A stretch of 64,000 nt of DNA from Verrucomicrobiia bacterium (GTDB lineage Bacteria > Verrucomicrobiota > Verrucomicrobiia > Verrucomicrobiales > Akkermansiaceae): the NCBI GenBank assembly GCA_030432565.1, contig JAUIGV010000002.1:222082-286081 (forward strand), given 5' to 3'. The notes beneath the pieces are model-generated. The model was given only the letters and a program-made list of their open reading frames with translations, made no database searches and was not told the DNA's origin. The first letter of the stretch is position 1, and each line of letters opens with the position of its first letter. Made by a program: the position numbers and the translations under genes. This document shows, in pieces, positions 55,616-64,000 of the stretch.

Positions 55616-56149
55616 ATGTCCGAACGCGAAAAAAAGCTCCTGATCATTCTAGGTGTCTCCTTCTTTGTCATCTTGAACTTCATTGGGTTCAACATGCTCT
55701 ATCTCCCCGGTGTGCAAAAAGCCAAGTCTGCCAAAACCATTTCCGAGAGGAAACTCAAGGAGGCCGAGTTGACTTTGTCTCTGCGCGATGAGCTTGAACC
55801 TGAAATGGCGTGGTTGGAGCGTAGCGGCACGGTCCGCAGCACGGTCTTGGAAGCTCAATCCAAGCTTCAGGCTCTTCTCCGTAAACAGGCAAGTGCCCGT
55901 CGCCTTGAAATCCGTGACTCACGCATCATTACCTATCAGCCCGGTGAGCACTTCGATCGCGTGAAAGTCCTCTTCAAAGTAACCGGAATGGAGCGTGACG
56001 TCATTTCGTGGCTCACTTCCATTCACCAGATCAGTCAACGACAGGTGATCACCAAGATGGAGGTGAAGCCCCAGAACAATGATATCACCCGCATCGAGGT
56101 TGAGATTGAAATTGAAAAATGGATTCTCCCGCCTCTCGAAGAAGAATAA
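55616..56149 (+). CDS. GspM/PilO-like bitopic assembly protein
   Basis: 177 aa. N-terminal TM segment (LLIILGVSFFVILNFIGFNMLYL), a coiled segment, then a small alpha/beta domain. Confidence 0.55.
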   Translation: MSEREKKLLIILGVSFFVILNFIGFNMLYLPGVQKAKSAKTISERKLKEAELTLSLRDELEPEMAWLERSGTVRSTVLEAQSKLQALLRKQASARRLEIRDSRIITYQPGEHFDRVKVLFKVTGMERDVISWLTSIHQISQRQVITKMEVKPQNNDITRIEVEIEIEKWILPPLEEE

Positions 56150-56170
56150 CCCCCAACCACCTCACAAACC

Positions 56171-56824
56171 ATGAAACTTACTTCCGTCTTTCTGCTCACG
56201 ATCTTCACCGGTGGACTCGCCTTTGCCGCCCCTCCGACCGTTCACCGGTCGGACCGTTACAAGGATCTTTACCTCAATTCCGCGATTACAGATCCTCCTC
56301 CACCTGAGGATCCCATAGACGTGCCCGAAAATCTTCCCGACTGGGTCCTCGTCGCGGTTAGCAAGTATGTGGGGAAGACCGAAATTGAGGTCATGAACAT
56401 TAAGGACCGCACCCGCGTTCGTATTCCCGGACCAAAGGCCACGGAAATGGGCTTTGAAATCAAGGAGGTGAAGCAGTCGCGTAACTTTATCGAGGAGACT
56501 GTGGTGACTCTCAAGAAGGGGAATGAGACCGGAGAAGTGACGTTTGACCCGAAATTTCTCGTTCTCAAAAAAGCGGCCGGTCCAAGCGTCGCCAAAGGTG
56601 CCCCGGCGCCCGGCAAGACAGATAACAAGCAAACAAACCGACCTCCAACCCCGGGAAGACCTCCGATCCCCGGACGTGCGCCCAGTAGCTCGAAGTCCAG
56701 CACAAGCGGGAAATCAGGGTCGACCAACAGTCGCGTTCCATTGCCCTCGACTTCCGCCACCTCCACCAAGTCATCCGGTTCCTCGTCGCAGAAAAGAGTT
56801 CGCTTCGTGAAACCAACAAAGTAA
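56171..56824 (+). CDS. Secreted PilP/GspC-HR-like protein with a Pro/Ser-rich tail
   Basis: 217 aa with a signal peptide. WVLVAVSKYVGKTEIEVMNIKDRTRVRIPGPKATEMGFEIKEVKQS...VTLKKGNETGEVTF fits the small beta-sandwich pattern of PilP and the GspC HR domain. The C-terminus is low-complexity P/S/T/K. Confidence 0.5.
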   Translation: MKLTSVFLLTIFTGGLAFAAPPTVHRSDRYKDLYLNSAITDPPPPEDPIDVPENLPDWVLVAVSKYVGKTEIEVMNIKDRTRVRIPGPKATEMGFEIKEVKQSRNFIEETVVTLKKGNETGEVTFDPKFLVLKKAAGPSVAKGAPAPGKTDNKQTNRPPTPGRPPIPGRAPSSSKSSTSGKSGSTNSRVPLPSTSATSTKSSGSSSQKRVRFVKPTK

Positions 56825-56863
56825 TCACTCACTCGAATCCGTTTTATCCAGTTCACTTCCGAT

Positions 56864-59239
56864 ATGAAATTCACACTCTCTCTCCTCCTCGGGCTGACCG
56901 TTGGAGGCCTTGCCCAGGAGCCACCCGCTCCCGGCACGGTCCCGCCACTCCCATCGGTCCCGGCACCAGCCCCCGGAGTTCAACCCGGCACCGCGCCCGC
57001 ACCAGCTCCGATTCAGGGTCGCAAGGTCGATCCCAATCAGGTGATTGTTTCGGCCACCGATTCGATCAACGAGGCCAACATTCTCGCGCTTAAAGCCGCG
57101 CAACTTTACGAAGACTTCAGCGGAAAGCGCGTCATCATGACGAATGACGTGGCCCAAAGTGAGGTTTCCTTCACCATGCGGGGACCACTCACCAACAAGG
57201 AGGCCGCCCGGTTCCTTCAGCTTACTTTGCTGGCCGAAGGACTTGCCATGATCCCCATCCCAGGAGAGCCGGACATCATGCGCCTGGTGCCCTCGGGCCC
57301 GATCACCAGTCCCAACCAGGTGCCGAAGGGGTTTTATGACGATGAATTCCAGCTTCCGGTGGAAGACGAGTTGGTCATGTATCAAATGGTCTTCAAATAC
57401 CTGAAGCCGGAGGAAGCTCTCAAAGTCCTCCAGTCGGCGATGGGTCAGCTCAGTGCTTCGGGCACAATTGCGGCGGTTCCCAATGCTTCTTCATTGATCA
57501 TCACCGAGAATGCCTCCCTCATTCGCCAGATGATCAAGATCCAGAAGGCCATCGATGTACCGACCTCGGTTGCCGAGAAGTGGGTCGAGGTCGTTTATGG
57601 TGACGTCGAGGAAATCGCGGAGCGCATGAACGAAATCTACAATGAACAGGGGAGTAACCGGCAGACCACCCGGACGACCCGGGCTTCTCCCGTGCCAACT
57701 CCGGGCGCAGTCGCGAACGCCGCTACCGCCGGTGAGGAAATTCCCTTGCGGATCATTGGCGTGCGCCGTACGAGCCGCATCCTTCTCTTTGGCCGCCCGG
57801 CTGATTTGATCGCTGCCGAGTCCATGATTCGGAGCTTTGACCAGCCCAGCAGTGGCAACACCCGTCAGACTTTCAGATTACGTTACCTGCGTGTCTCCGA
57901 CTTCCTGAACATTGCGGAGGATGGAATTACAGCGACTCTGGGTGATGGCGCAAGCGGAGCCCAGGGCGGCAATCGTCAGCTGAGCAGCCAGAATAACAAC
58001 AGCCGGAACAATCTCAGTACGCGGAATAACTCCACCAACAACCGGACCACCGGGCAACAGGGTGGTCAGGCCGGTGGCGGCGGATCGCGAACCAGCATCG
58101 ACGCCCAGAACATCCCGACCGAGCCGGAATCCCGCTTGGTCGGTGGACGCACTCTTTTGGTTGCTGACAACGTCGCCAACACCATCATCGTGAACGGACC
58201 CCCGCATCACATTGAACTCGTTCGCGACTTGATCGCTGATCTTGATTCGGAAGCCCAACAAGTGGCGCTTTCGGCCGTGGTCGGAAGTTACGGGGTTGGT
58301 GATGGCTTCAACTTTGGCGTCGATTTGGCCCGGGCCCTCCAGCGCACTGGTTCCAACTTTGCGGCCGCTGGATCGGCGAGCTTCGGAGGAGTTCCTTCAG
58401 TTCTTGATCCAAGCACGCTCGGAGATCTGGGGGCGGTCCTCAGTGCCAACGGTGCTGCCGGAAACGGACTCTCCCTTTACGGGCTTCTGGGCGACGACTT
58501 CGGCGTCTTTGTCAACGCTCTGGAGACCCAGACCAAGTTCAAGACTCTTGAGCGCACGGTGCTCACAACCCGGAACAACCGGGTGGCCTTACTTTCCTCG
58601 GGACAGCGGATTGCGATTCCTGCAAGTACCTTCCAGGGTGGAATTAACCAAGGAGGAATCAATACCAACATCGAATACACCCAGGTGGTCCTCGAGCTGG
58701 AGATTCAGCCATTGATCAATTCCGATAATCAGGTGACGCTGGAAATCTCGCTCGTTCGAGATTCGGTCGGGCTTGACCGGGTGGTTGGAGAGCTGACCGT
58801 CCCTGATATTAATACGGAGTCTCTCTCAACTTCGGTGACCGTGCAGGATGGTTCGGCTGTCATTCTTGGTGGAATCATGACGACCACTGAGAATAACACC
58901 AATAATGGAGTTCCTATTCTCAGAAGTATTCCCGGAATCGGACGGCTCTTTGGGAGCACCGGAAAGACCGAGAACGAATCAGAGTTGATCATTATGATTC
59001 AGCCCCGGATTATGAGTAGCCAGAGTGACTTTGATGGGTTTGGTGATGATTATAGGGGTATCAGCCGCAATGCTGCCGATGCTGCGGCCAAGCTTCCGCC
59101 ACGGCGCGGAATGCTCCCGGATAGCAACACGATGCCGGCAGCCTACAATGCCGACTCAAAGGGCGGTGGAGTGCTCGCTCCGCGCCAGAAGGCTCCCGAG
59201 CCGGCAACGAAGGTCCGCCGACGTTCCGTCCGAAGGTAG
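56864..59239 (+). CDS. gspD: Secretin (GspD/PilQ family)
   Basis: 791 aa with a signal peptide. N0/N1-like repeats are present. A low-complexity insert reads GGNRQLSSQNNNSRNNLSTRNNSTNNRTTGQQGGQAGGGG. C-terminal secretin core: TSVTVQDGSAVILGGIM...VPILRSIPGIGRLFG...ELIIMIQPRI. Confidence 0.9.
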   Translation: MKFTLSLLLGLTVGGLAQEPPAPGTVPPLPSVPAPAPGVQPGTAPAPAPIQGRKVDPNQVIVSATDSINEANILALKAAQLYEDFSGKRVIMTNDVAQSEVSFTMRGPLTNKEAARFLQLTLLAEGLAMIPIPGEPDIMRLVPSGPITSPNQVPKGFYDDEFQLPVEDELVMYQMVFKYLKPEEALKVLQSAMGQLSASGTIAAVPNASSLIITENASLIRQMIKIQKAIDVPTSVAEKWVEVVYGDVEEIAERMNEIYNEQGSNRQTTRTTRASPVPTPGAVANAATAGEEIPLRIIGVRRTSRILLFGRPADLIAAESMIRSFDQPSSGNTRQTFRLRYLRVSDFLNIAEDGITATLGDGASGAQGGNRQLSSQNNNSRNNLSTRNNSTNNRTTGQQGGQAGGGGSRTSIDAQNIPTEPESRLVGGRTLLVADNVANTIIVNGPPHHIELVRDLIADLDSEAQQVALSAVVGSYGVGDGFNFGVDLARALQRTGSNFAAAGSASFGGVPSVLDPSTLGDLGAVLSANGAAGNGLSLYGLLGDDFGVFVNALETQTKFKTLERTVLTTRNNRVALLSSGQRIAIPASTFQGGINQGGINTNIEYTQVVLELEIQPLINSDNQVTLEISLVRDSVGLDRVVGELTVPDINTESLSTSVTVQDGSAVILGGIMTTTENNTNNGVPILRSIPGIGRLFGSTGKTENESELIIMIQPRIMSSQSDFDGFGDDYRGISRNAADAAAKLPPRRGMLPDSNTMPAAYNADSKGGGVLAPRQKAPEPATKVRRRSVRR

Positions 59240-59281
59240 AAACGCCTTCCTCGTTGAAGAATTTCGAACTCAACTTTCAAT

Positions 59282-59315
59282 CGCCCCATCCACTTCGGTG
59301 GTGGGGCGTTTTTTT
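59282..59315 (+). terminator. Rho-independent terminator after gspD
   Basis: cgccccatccac-ttcg-gtggtggggcg (one bulge) is followed by T7. The T-tract overlaps the xerD stop. Confidence 0.8.
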
Positions 59316-60201
59316 ATCCCCGTGGGTGGAAATTCTTATGGACGGCTTTGAGACGCTTTTGATCCACGTGAGTGTAGATCTGGGTGGTCGCAATGTCAGC
59401 ATGACCGAGTAGTTCCTGGATGACTCGAAGATCGGCCCCGTTTTCGAGAAGGTGTGTTGCGAAGGAATGACGAAGCAGGTGGGGATAGATATTTTGATCG
59501 ATCCCGGCTTGCTTGGCTCTCTCTTTGACGATTTGGCGGACCCGGTCCGGGGAAAGTGGCCCCCCCCGAATCGAAAGAAAAATGTGTGAGGATGTCTTGC
59601 GCGTGACGAGATTGGGACGTTCGCTTGTGAGGTAGCAATTCAAAGCGGCGAGTGCCTTTTCTCCAACCGGGACCAGCCGGGTTTTGTTGCCCTTGCCTGT
59701 GATGCGGAGGAAGTGATCGTCAATATCAAGAAATTCGAGCCGGGCATTGCAGATCTCAGACAGGCGAAGACCCGAAGCATAAAAAAGTTCCAGGAGTGCC
59801 AGGTCTCGTTTGCCGAGCTTCTTCTCGGGATTGATCGACGAAAGCAGTTGCGTGATCGTCTCGGCATTAAGCGTTTCCGGGAGTTTGGCGCTCGTTTTTG
59901 GGGCCAGGAGGGGTTCCGCCGGATCGATTTCGATGTGGTTCCGTTTCTGGAGAAAGCGAAAGAAGATCTTCAGGTGAACGAGTGCGATACGCAGGGAAGA
60001 GGCATCGAGGTCGCCCTTGCGAAGATGACCCAGAAAGGCCGAGAGTTCATCGGTTCCAAGGTCCCGCCATTCCTTGTAGCCTTGCTTTGAAGTCCACTCG
60101 ACGAGCTTGTCGAGGGTTTGGCGGACGGAGAGTTGGTAGGCGGTCGAGAGGCCCCGCTCGGTCGCGAGGTAAAGGATGAACCCATCGACCTGAAATTCCA
60201 T
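59314..60201 (-). CDS. xerD: Tyrosine recombinase XerD (XerC/D family)
   Basis: The ATG at 60201 gives MEFQVDGFILYLATERGLS. RDLALLELFYASGLRLSE, GKGNKTRLVPVG, HLLRHSFATHLL, and LGHADIATTQIYTHV (catalytic Tyr). Confidence 0.85.
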   Translation of the reverse strand: MEFQVDGFILYLATERGLSTAYQLSVRQTLDKLVEWTSKQGYKEWRDLGTDELSAFLGHLRKGDLDASSLRIALVHLKIFFRFLQKRNHIEIDPAEPLLAPKTSAKLPETLNAETITQLLSSINPEKKLGKRDLALLELFYASGLRLSEICNARLEFLDIDDHFLRITGKGNKTRLVPVGEKALAALNCYLTSERPNLVTRKTSSHIFLSIRGGPLSPDRVRQIVKERAKQAGIDQNIYPHLLRHSFATHLLENGADLRVIQELLGHADIATTQIYTHVDQKRLKAVHKNFHPRG

Positions 60202-60206
60202 GATGG

Positions 60207-61184
60207 TCAGGATGCGAGGCAGCCGGGGCAATTCTGGACGTGATGACCAGGAACAATTTCCGTGAGCTGCGGGGCTTCGTCGGTGAGGCAAAGCGAGCTG
60301 TCTCCCAATGTGTTGCGGGGCTGAAATGAGCACGCTGACGGGGGAACGTTCAAATTGGGAGGAAGTCCGGGAATGGTATAAAGGGTTTCACCTTTCTTGT
60401 GCATCGCCGGGATGCTTTTCAGGAGGGCTCGGGTGTAGGCGTGACGCGGATCGGCGAAGAGATCGGTGGCCGTGGCGGACTCCACAACCCGTCCGGCATA
60501 CATCACGTTCACTTTGTCGCAGACCTGGGAAACGACCCCGAGGTCGTGGGTCACGAGCAGCACCGCGGTCCCCAGAGTCTCCTGGCGATCTTTGATGAGA
60601 TCGAGCACTTGCTTCTGCACGGTCACATCAAGAGCGGTCGTGGGCTCGTCGGCGATGAGGATTTCAGGTCGGGTGATGAGCGCCATCGCAATCATCACGC
60701 GCTGGCGCATGCCTCCGGAAAATTCGTGAGGGTAGGACTTGATCCGTTTCTCAGCCTCAGGAATGCCGACCTCCTCGAGAGCCTCGATGGCCCGATGGAG
60801 CGCGGGTTTGCCTTTCATCCCCTCGTGTAGTTCAAGGGGCTCGGTGAGTTGGGTTGAAATTCGTAGTGCCGGATTGAGGCAGGTCATGGGATCCTGGAAA
60901 ATCATCGAGATTTTCTTACCCCGTATTTTGCGAAGAGTCTTCTCATTGGCCTTGAGCAAATCGGTCCCTTCAAACATGGCGCTCCCGGAGTGAATCCTCC
61001 CCGGAGGTTGGGGGATGAGTCCAAGAAGTGAATAACAGCTGACGGATTTCCCGGAGCCCGATTCGCCAACGATCCCGAGCGTTTCACCCTTTTCGAGAGC
61101 AAAGGAAACATCTTCGACCGCGTGAACGATTCCGTTACGGGTGTGAAAGCGGGTGGTGAGATTTTTGACGTCGAGCAGGGCCAT
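60207..61184 (-). CDS. OppD/DppD-type ABC transporter ATP-binding protein (no partner genes nearby)
   Basis: The track ORF reaches 61670; the ATG at 61184 gives MALLDVKNLTTRF. Walker A GESGSGKS, signature FSGGMRQRV, Walker B ILIADEPTTALD, and the C-terminal oligopeptide-type extension. Confidence 0.88.
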   Translation of the reverse strand: MALLDVKNLTTRFHTRNGIVHAVEDVSFALEKGETLGIVGESGSGKSVSCYSLLGLIPQPPGRIHSGSAMFEGTDLLKANEKTLRKIRGKKISMIFQDPMTCLNPALRISTQLTEPLELHEGMKGKPALHRAIEALEEVGIPEAEKRIKSYPHEFSGGMRQRVMIAMALITRPEILIADEPTTALDVTVQKQVLDLIKDRQETLGTAVLLVTHDLGVVSQVCDKVNVMYAGRVVESATATDLFADPRHAYTRALLKSIPAMHKKGETLYTIPGLPPNLNVPPSACSFQPRNTLGDSSLCLTDEAPQLTEIVPGHHVQNCPGCLAS

Positions 61185-61245
61185 ACCGATGGCGGGAGAA
61201 TGCCCTCTCAATGGCGGGAGCGGAAGGAAAAAGGAATGAGCGGAT

Positions 61246-63117
61246 CTACTGCTTCTTATGGTAAAAGCGGCCATCTTCCGCTCCGATGAGGAGTTCGCGT
61301 TTGCCATCGCGATCGAGATCGATGGTGGTAGGGCTGGAGGTGTGGCCGGAGACCTTCCGTTTGGCGAGGTGGCCGATCTTTCTGAAGATGGTCTTCCCTT
61401 TGAGCTGGCCTTCGTTTTGGTAGAGTTCGGCATTGATGGAATTGACGAGGAGGTCGAGGTCGCCGTCGTTATCCCAATCGACCAGATCAATTTTACGACG
61501 TCCGCTTTTGCCTGCGTGTTGGGTGTTGAGGGCGAGGAAGCGTCCGGTCTCGGTGATGAAGATCCGTTTCCCCGGGAGGAGTGAGTGATCCTTTTGTCGC
61601 TCGAAGAAGGCGAGGTATCCCTCGTGATCCATGACGATGAGGTCGTTGAGTTGATCTTTGTTCCAATCAACGATGAGTGGGGTCGTGCGCCATTGGGTCA
61701 CCAGGTTGCGGCCTTTGGGATGCCACCAATTCCACGATGGTTTTGGAGGGGTGTCGGGCCACTCGACGGCGACGGTTTGGGCCGGGCCGAGTTTGGGTTC
61801 GCTTCGGTTGCCGATGTTGGGGAACCATTCGATTTTCCCCCAGATCGAATTGATCATGAGGTCGGGGAGTCCGTCGTGATTCCAGTCGCCGATGGATTGG
61901 GTGGTGTAACCCCACTTGGCTTCAGCGGGGCCCTGGATGGAGCCGTTTGGGCCGGCCTGAATGTGGATTGTTTCTCCGCCGGCTTTAAGAAGAACGGGAG
62001 CGGCCCATTTGGGCGTGGGTTTGCCATCGAGATTCTCGAAGAAGGCAATGTTGCCGGCGGTGTTTCCCGAGATGATGTCTTCGTCGCCATCGCCGTCCCA
62101 GTCGTATCCGACCGGGGTGGAGAGAGCTCCAAACTTGAGGTCGTCGGCTTCTTGTTGGAAGTATCGTGGTGGCAGGAAATCGGGAGTTCCGTTGGGATTG
62201 ATCTGTCCGGTGTGTTCCATGAAGGCGACGCGTCCGTCTTCATCCCCCACAATGAGGTCCTGGTCGCCGTCTTGATCCCAATCGACGGCGGTCGGAGTGA
62301 TCATCTGCACATGCATGCGGTGGGGGAGCCGGATTCCGGCTGCGTATCTTGGTGAAGTCCCTGAGCCGGTATTTTGGAAGTAGGTGAAGCCGTCGAGAAA
62401 TTCTCCGCAGAGGAGGTCGAGGTCGCCATCGTTGTCGAAGTCGACGAGGTTGGGAGAGGGCATCCCGTAAACATCGACGGGTTTTCCTCCGGCTTCAATC
62501 CTCCGAGGAGTTTCGTAATCGGGAGTGGCGTTGGTTCCGGTATTCCGGAGAAGGTAGACCCAACCGCGGAGCGGCCCATTGGTCCAGTTGCCCTGACGAT
62601 CGTAGGCATTGTCCCAGCCGTATTCCCCCCAGTAGCCCTCGCCCACGATAAGGTCGTGAAGCCCGTCTCCATCGTAGTCGGCCATCTTCCACTGTTTTGC
62701 GCGGACGTTGCCGAAACCGGTGGTGAGTCGGGTCTCATAAAGCTTCCGGGTCTTGCCGTAGCCCTGGCCCGCAAAATCGAGGAGGTGCGCACCGGGCAGG
62801 AGGACGACGGGATCCTTCCCGGGATAAGAGACTTGGATATTGGAGTTTCCTTTGCCGATGCGAACTGCCTTCTTAAAGACGGGCATCTTTTTTCCTCCCG
62901 GGTTTTCGAACAAGTAGGTGCCGTTGTAGGGCTTGTCGGGGCAGGAGACGACGAGGTCGAGATCGCCGTCGCCGTCCCAATCCATCGGAAGCGGCCAGGC
63001 CCAAAGGCCAACGCCAAGATCGACGCTGAGATCCGGATGGTTGTATTTCAGACGCTTGAGATCGTGTTCTTCGGCCTGAGCCGAAAGCAGGATGAGAGGA
63101 AGGAGGCAGCGGGTCAT
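61246..63117 (-). CDS. Secreted FG-GAP/VCBS-repeat (ASPIC/UnbV-like) beta-propeller protein
   Basis: The ATG at 63117 gives MTRCLLPLILLSAQA. Repeated calcium-binding loops: DWDGDGDLDLV, DYDGDGLHDLI, DFDNDGDLDLL, DWDQDGDQDLI, DWDGDGDEDII, DWNHDGLPDLM, DWDNDGDLDLL, DLDRDGKRELL. Confidence 0.85.
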   Translation of the reverse strand: MTRCLLPLILLSAQAEEHDLKRLKYNHPDLSVDLGVGLWAWPLPMDWDGDGDLDLVVSCPDKPYNGTYLFENPGGKKMPVFKKAVRIGKGNSNIQVSYPGKDPVVLLPGAHLLDFAGQGYGKTRKLYETRLTTGFGNVRAKQWKMADYDGDGLHDLIVGEGYWGEYGWDNAYDRQGNWTNGPLRGWVYLLRNTGTNATPDYETPRRIEAGGKPVDVYGMPSPNLVDFDNDGDLDLLCGEFLDGFTYFQNTGSGTSPRYAAGIRLPHRMHVQMITPTAVDWDQDGDQDLIVGDEDGRVAFMEHTGQINPNGTPDFLPPRYFQQEADDLKFGALSTPVGYDWDGDGDEDIISGNTAGNIAFFENLDGKPTPKWAAPVLLKAGGETIHIQAGPNGSIQGPAEAKWGYTTQSIGDWNHDGLPDLMINSIWGKIEWFPNIGNRSEPKLGPAQTVAVEWPDTPPKPSWNWWHPKGRNLVTQWRTTPLIVDWNKDQLNDLIVMDHEGYLAFFERQKDHSLLPGKRIFITETGRFLALNTQHAGKSGRRKIDLVDWDNDGDLDLLVNSINAELYQNEGQLKGKTIFRKIGHLAKRKVSGHTSSPTTIDLDRDGKRELLIGAEDGRFYHKKQ

Positions 63118-63432
63118 ACGAATTTGGAACACAAGTGAGGGCAAAATTGCCTGCCTTGTCCATCAAAGGTCGCGAAAAGTCGATGAGAAGTGTCATCGAC
63201 AATGGGAAGGCGGGGGTGAAGAATGGCCTGCGAGAACTCGCGGATCATCCGAACCAGATGACTTCAGAATCCTGACGATAAGAAATCGTGGGAGTGGATT
63301 ATTTCGAGTGATTCTCCGGGGAGCGATTACTTCTGCCGGTCGAAGGGAAATCGGAAACAGTGCTGCCGGGGAATGAGCGAAAGGAGTGAAACTCCCGGAG
63401 ATTGCAAAAGCGATTTTAAGGGGGGCGGAAGC

Positions 63433-64000
63433 TCAGCTGCGCTCCATCCGGTCCTTTTTGCTGCGTGAGCGGAATGAAAGAGGAATGGGAAGCCCGTCGG
63501 TGGGATGCTTGTCTTTGATCTGGTTGATCAAGTAGTTTTGGAAGGACTCCACGATGAGGTGTTTGTCATTCACAAAGAGAACATACTCGGGAACAGGGAT
63601 GGCCTGGTAACGGTCGTTGACGGCCGTAGTGGCGTAGAAAAGCTTCATGCGCTTGCGGTGGCGCTTGTGCTCGGGCGGCGGGTTCTTGATGAAGGCATCC
63701 TGCAGGAGTCGGTTGAGCGGGCCGGTGCCGATAACCTCCTGGGCATTGTCGCGAATGCGGGTGATCGTTTTGAAGATGTGCTGAATGGCGTGGCCCTTCA
63801 TCGCCGAGACGCAAACGAACGGGGCGTAATCGAGGAAGAAGAGTTCGCGACGAAGATGGTCTTCGGCAGCTTCAAGTCGGGCCGCTTTCTGTCCTTCCGG
63901 GTGAAAGAGGTCGAATTTATTGGCGATGATGAGGCAGGGTTTTTTCTCCTGCTGAATCAAGCGGGCAATCTTACGGTCCTGCGCCGCGACTCCTGCGGCG
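63433..64000 (-). CDS. der: Ribosome-associated GTPase Der/EngA (C-terminal part; 5' end outside the window)
   Basis: IIANKFDL (NKxD), SAMKG, then the KH-like domain (LNRLLQDAFIKNPPP...KLFYATTAVNDRYQAIPVPEYVLFVND...YLINQI). The frame remains open to the window end. Confidence 0.85.
   Translation of the reverse strand, partial: AAGVAAQDRKIARLIQQEKKPCLIIANKFDLFHPEGQKAARLEAAEDHLRRELFFLDYAPFVCVSAMKGHAIQHIFKTITRIRDNAQEVIGTGPLNRLLQDAFIKNPPPEHKRHRKRMKLFYATTAVNDRYQAIPVPEYVLFVNDKHLIVESFQNYLINQIKDKHPTDGLPIPLSFRSRSKKDRMERS

Noticed and set aside
59314-60201. A tyrosine recombinase as a possible marker of an integrated mobile element or genomic island.
   Set aside because: The sequence is XerD-like throughout (ERGLS N-domain, RHSFATHLL, LGHADIATTQIYTHV). 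It is co-transcribed with a housekeeping-type gene. It has no nearby tRNA, direct repeats, or phage or transposase genes.
1-64000. A search for tRNA, rRNA, tmRNA, SRP RNA, CRISPR repeats, IS inverted repeats and toxin-antitoxin pairs in every intergenic gap.
   Set aside because: All gaps except 39807..40259, 32262..32375 and 63118..63432 are shorter than about 170 bp. None shows a T-loop consensus (GGTTCGAATCC-like), regularly spaced repeats, or terminal inverted repeats. This was checked by eye only, so small RNAs cannot be excluded.

Overview
This is a dense, chromosomal-looking window of mid-to-high GC by eye, with about 60 protein-coding genes on both strands. I could not find any rRNA, tRNA, CRISPR array, IS element, prophage or integron signature.

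The gene content suggests a Verrucomicrobiota (Opitutia/Puniceicoccales-like) genome. The supporting genes are a PVC-type heme-binding dehydrogenase, a DUF1080 protein, a giant multi-domain sulfatase, a TIGR03790-like protein and a signal-peptide NIPSNAP. This placement is inference only; no database search was possible.

Gene order, left to right:
- DUF481 outer-membrane protein (partial), ffh, NIPSNAP, LemA plus an M48 peptidase, adk, fmt, pyrH, frr.
- An sHSP/DegP/two-component stress island.
- Amidohydrolase, sulfatase, PVC dehydrogenase, DUF1080.
- MidA-like methyltransferase, an Aas-like acyl-activating enzyme, DUF4212 plus a sodium:solute symporter.
- Topoisomerase III, then the operon MBL / TIGR03790-like / DUF2851 / dprA, divergent from recN, then a DUF785 peptidase.
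- A decayed roughly 450-bp gap, then pepA and a secreted EF-hand protein.
- A staphyloxanthin-type C30 carotenoid cluster (crtO, crtQ, crtP, aldH, crtN).
- Two ORFs joined by an in-frame TGA, then rnhB and yraN.
- A nine-gene T2SS-like pseudopilus/secretin cluster (gspG to gspD).
- xerD, an orphan OppD-like ABC ATPase, an FG-GAP/VCBS protein, and der (partial).

Most of the window is housekeeping, and I cannot demonstrate a clearly novel system from sequence alone. The best candidates for follow-up are:
- a membrane-anchored, probably periplasm-facing small heat-shock protein transcribed behind DegP, next to a symmetric operator-like element and an OmpR-type two-component system;
- the tightly coupled MBL / TIGR03790 / DUF2851 / dprA operon, divergent from recN;
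- the crtM-less C30 carotenoid cluster;
- the T2SS-like cluster, which lacks its ATPase, platform and peptidase genes;
- an in-frame UGA followed by a hairpin.

Many long ORFs in the supplied track are antisense shadows of real genes, or spurious 5' extensions. I rejected those.
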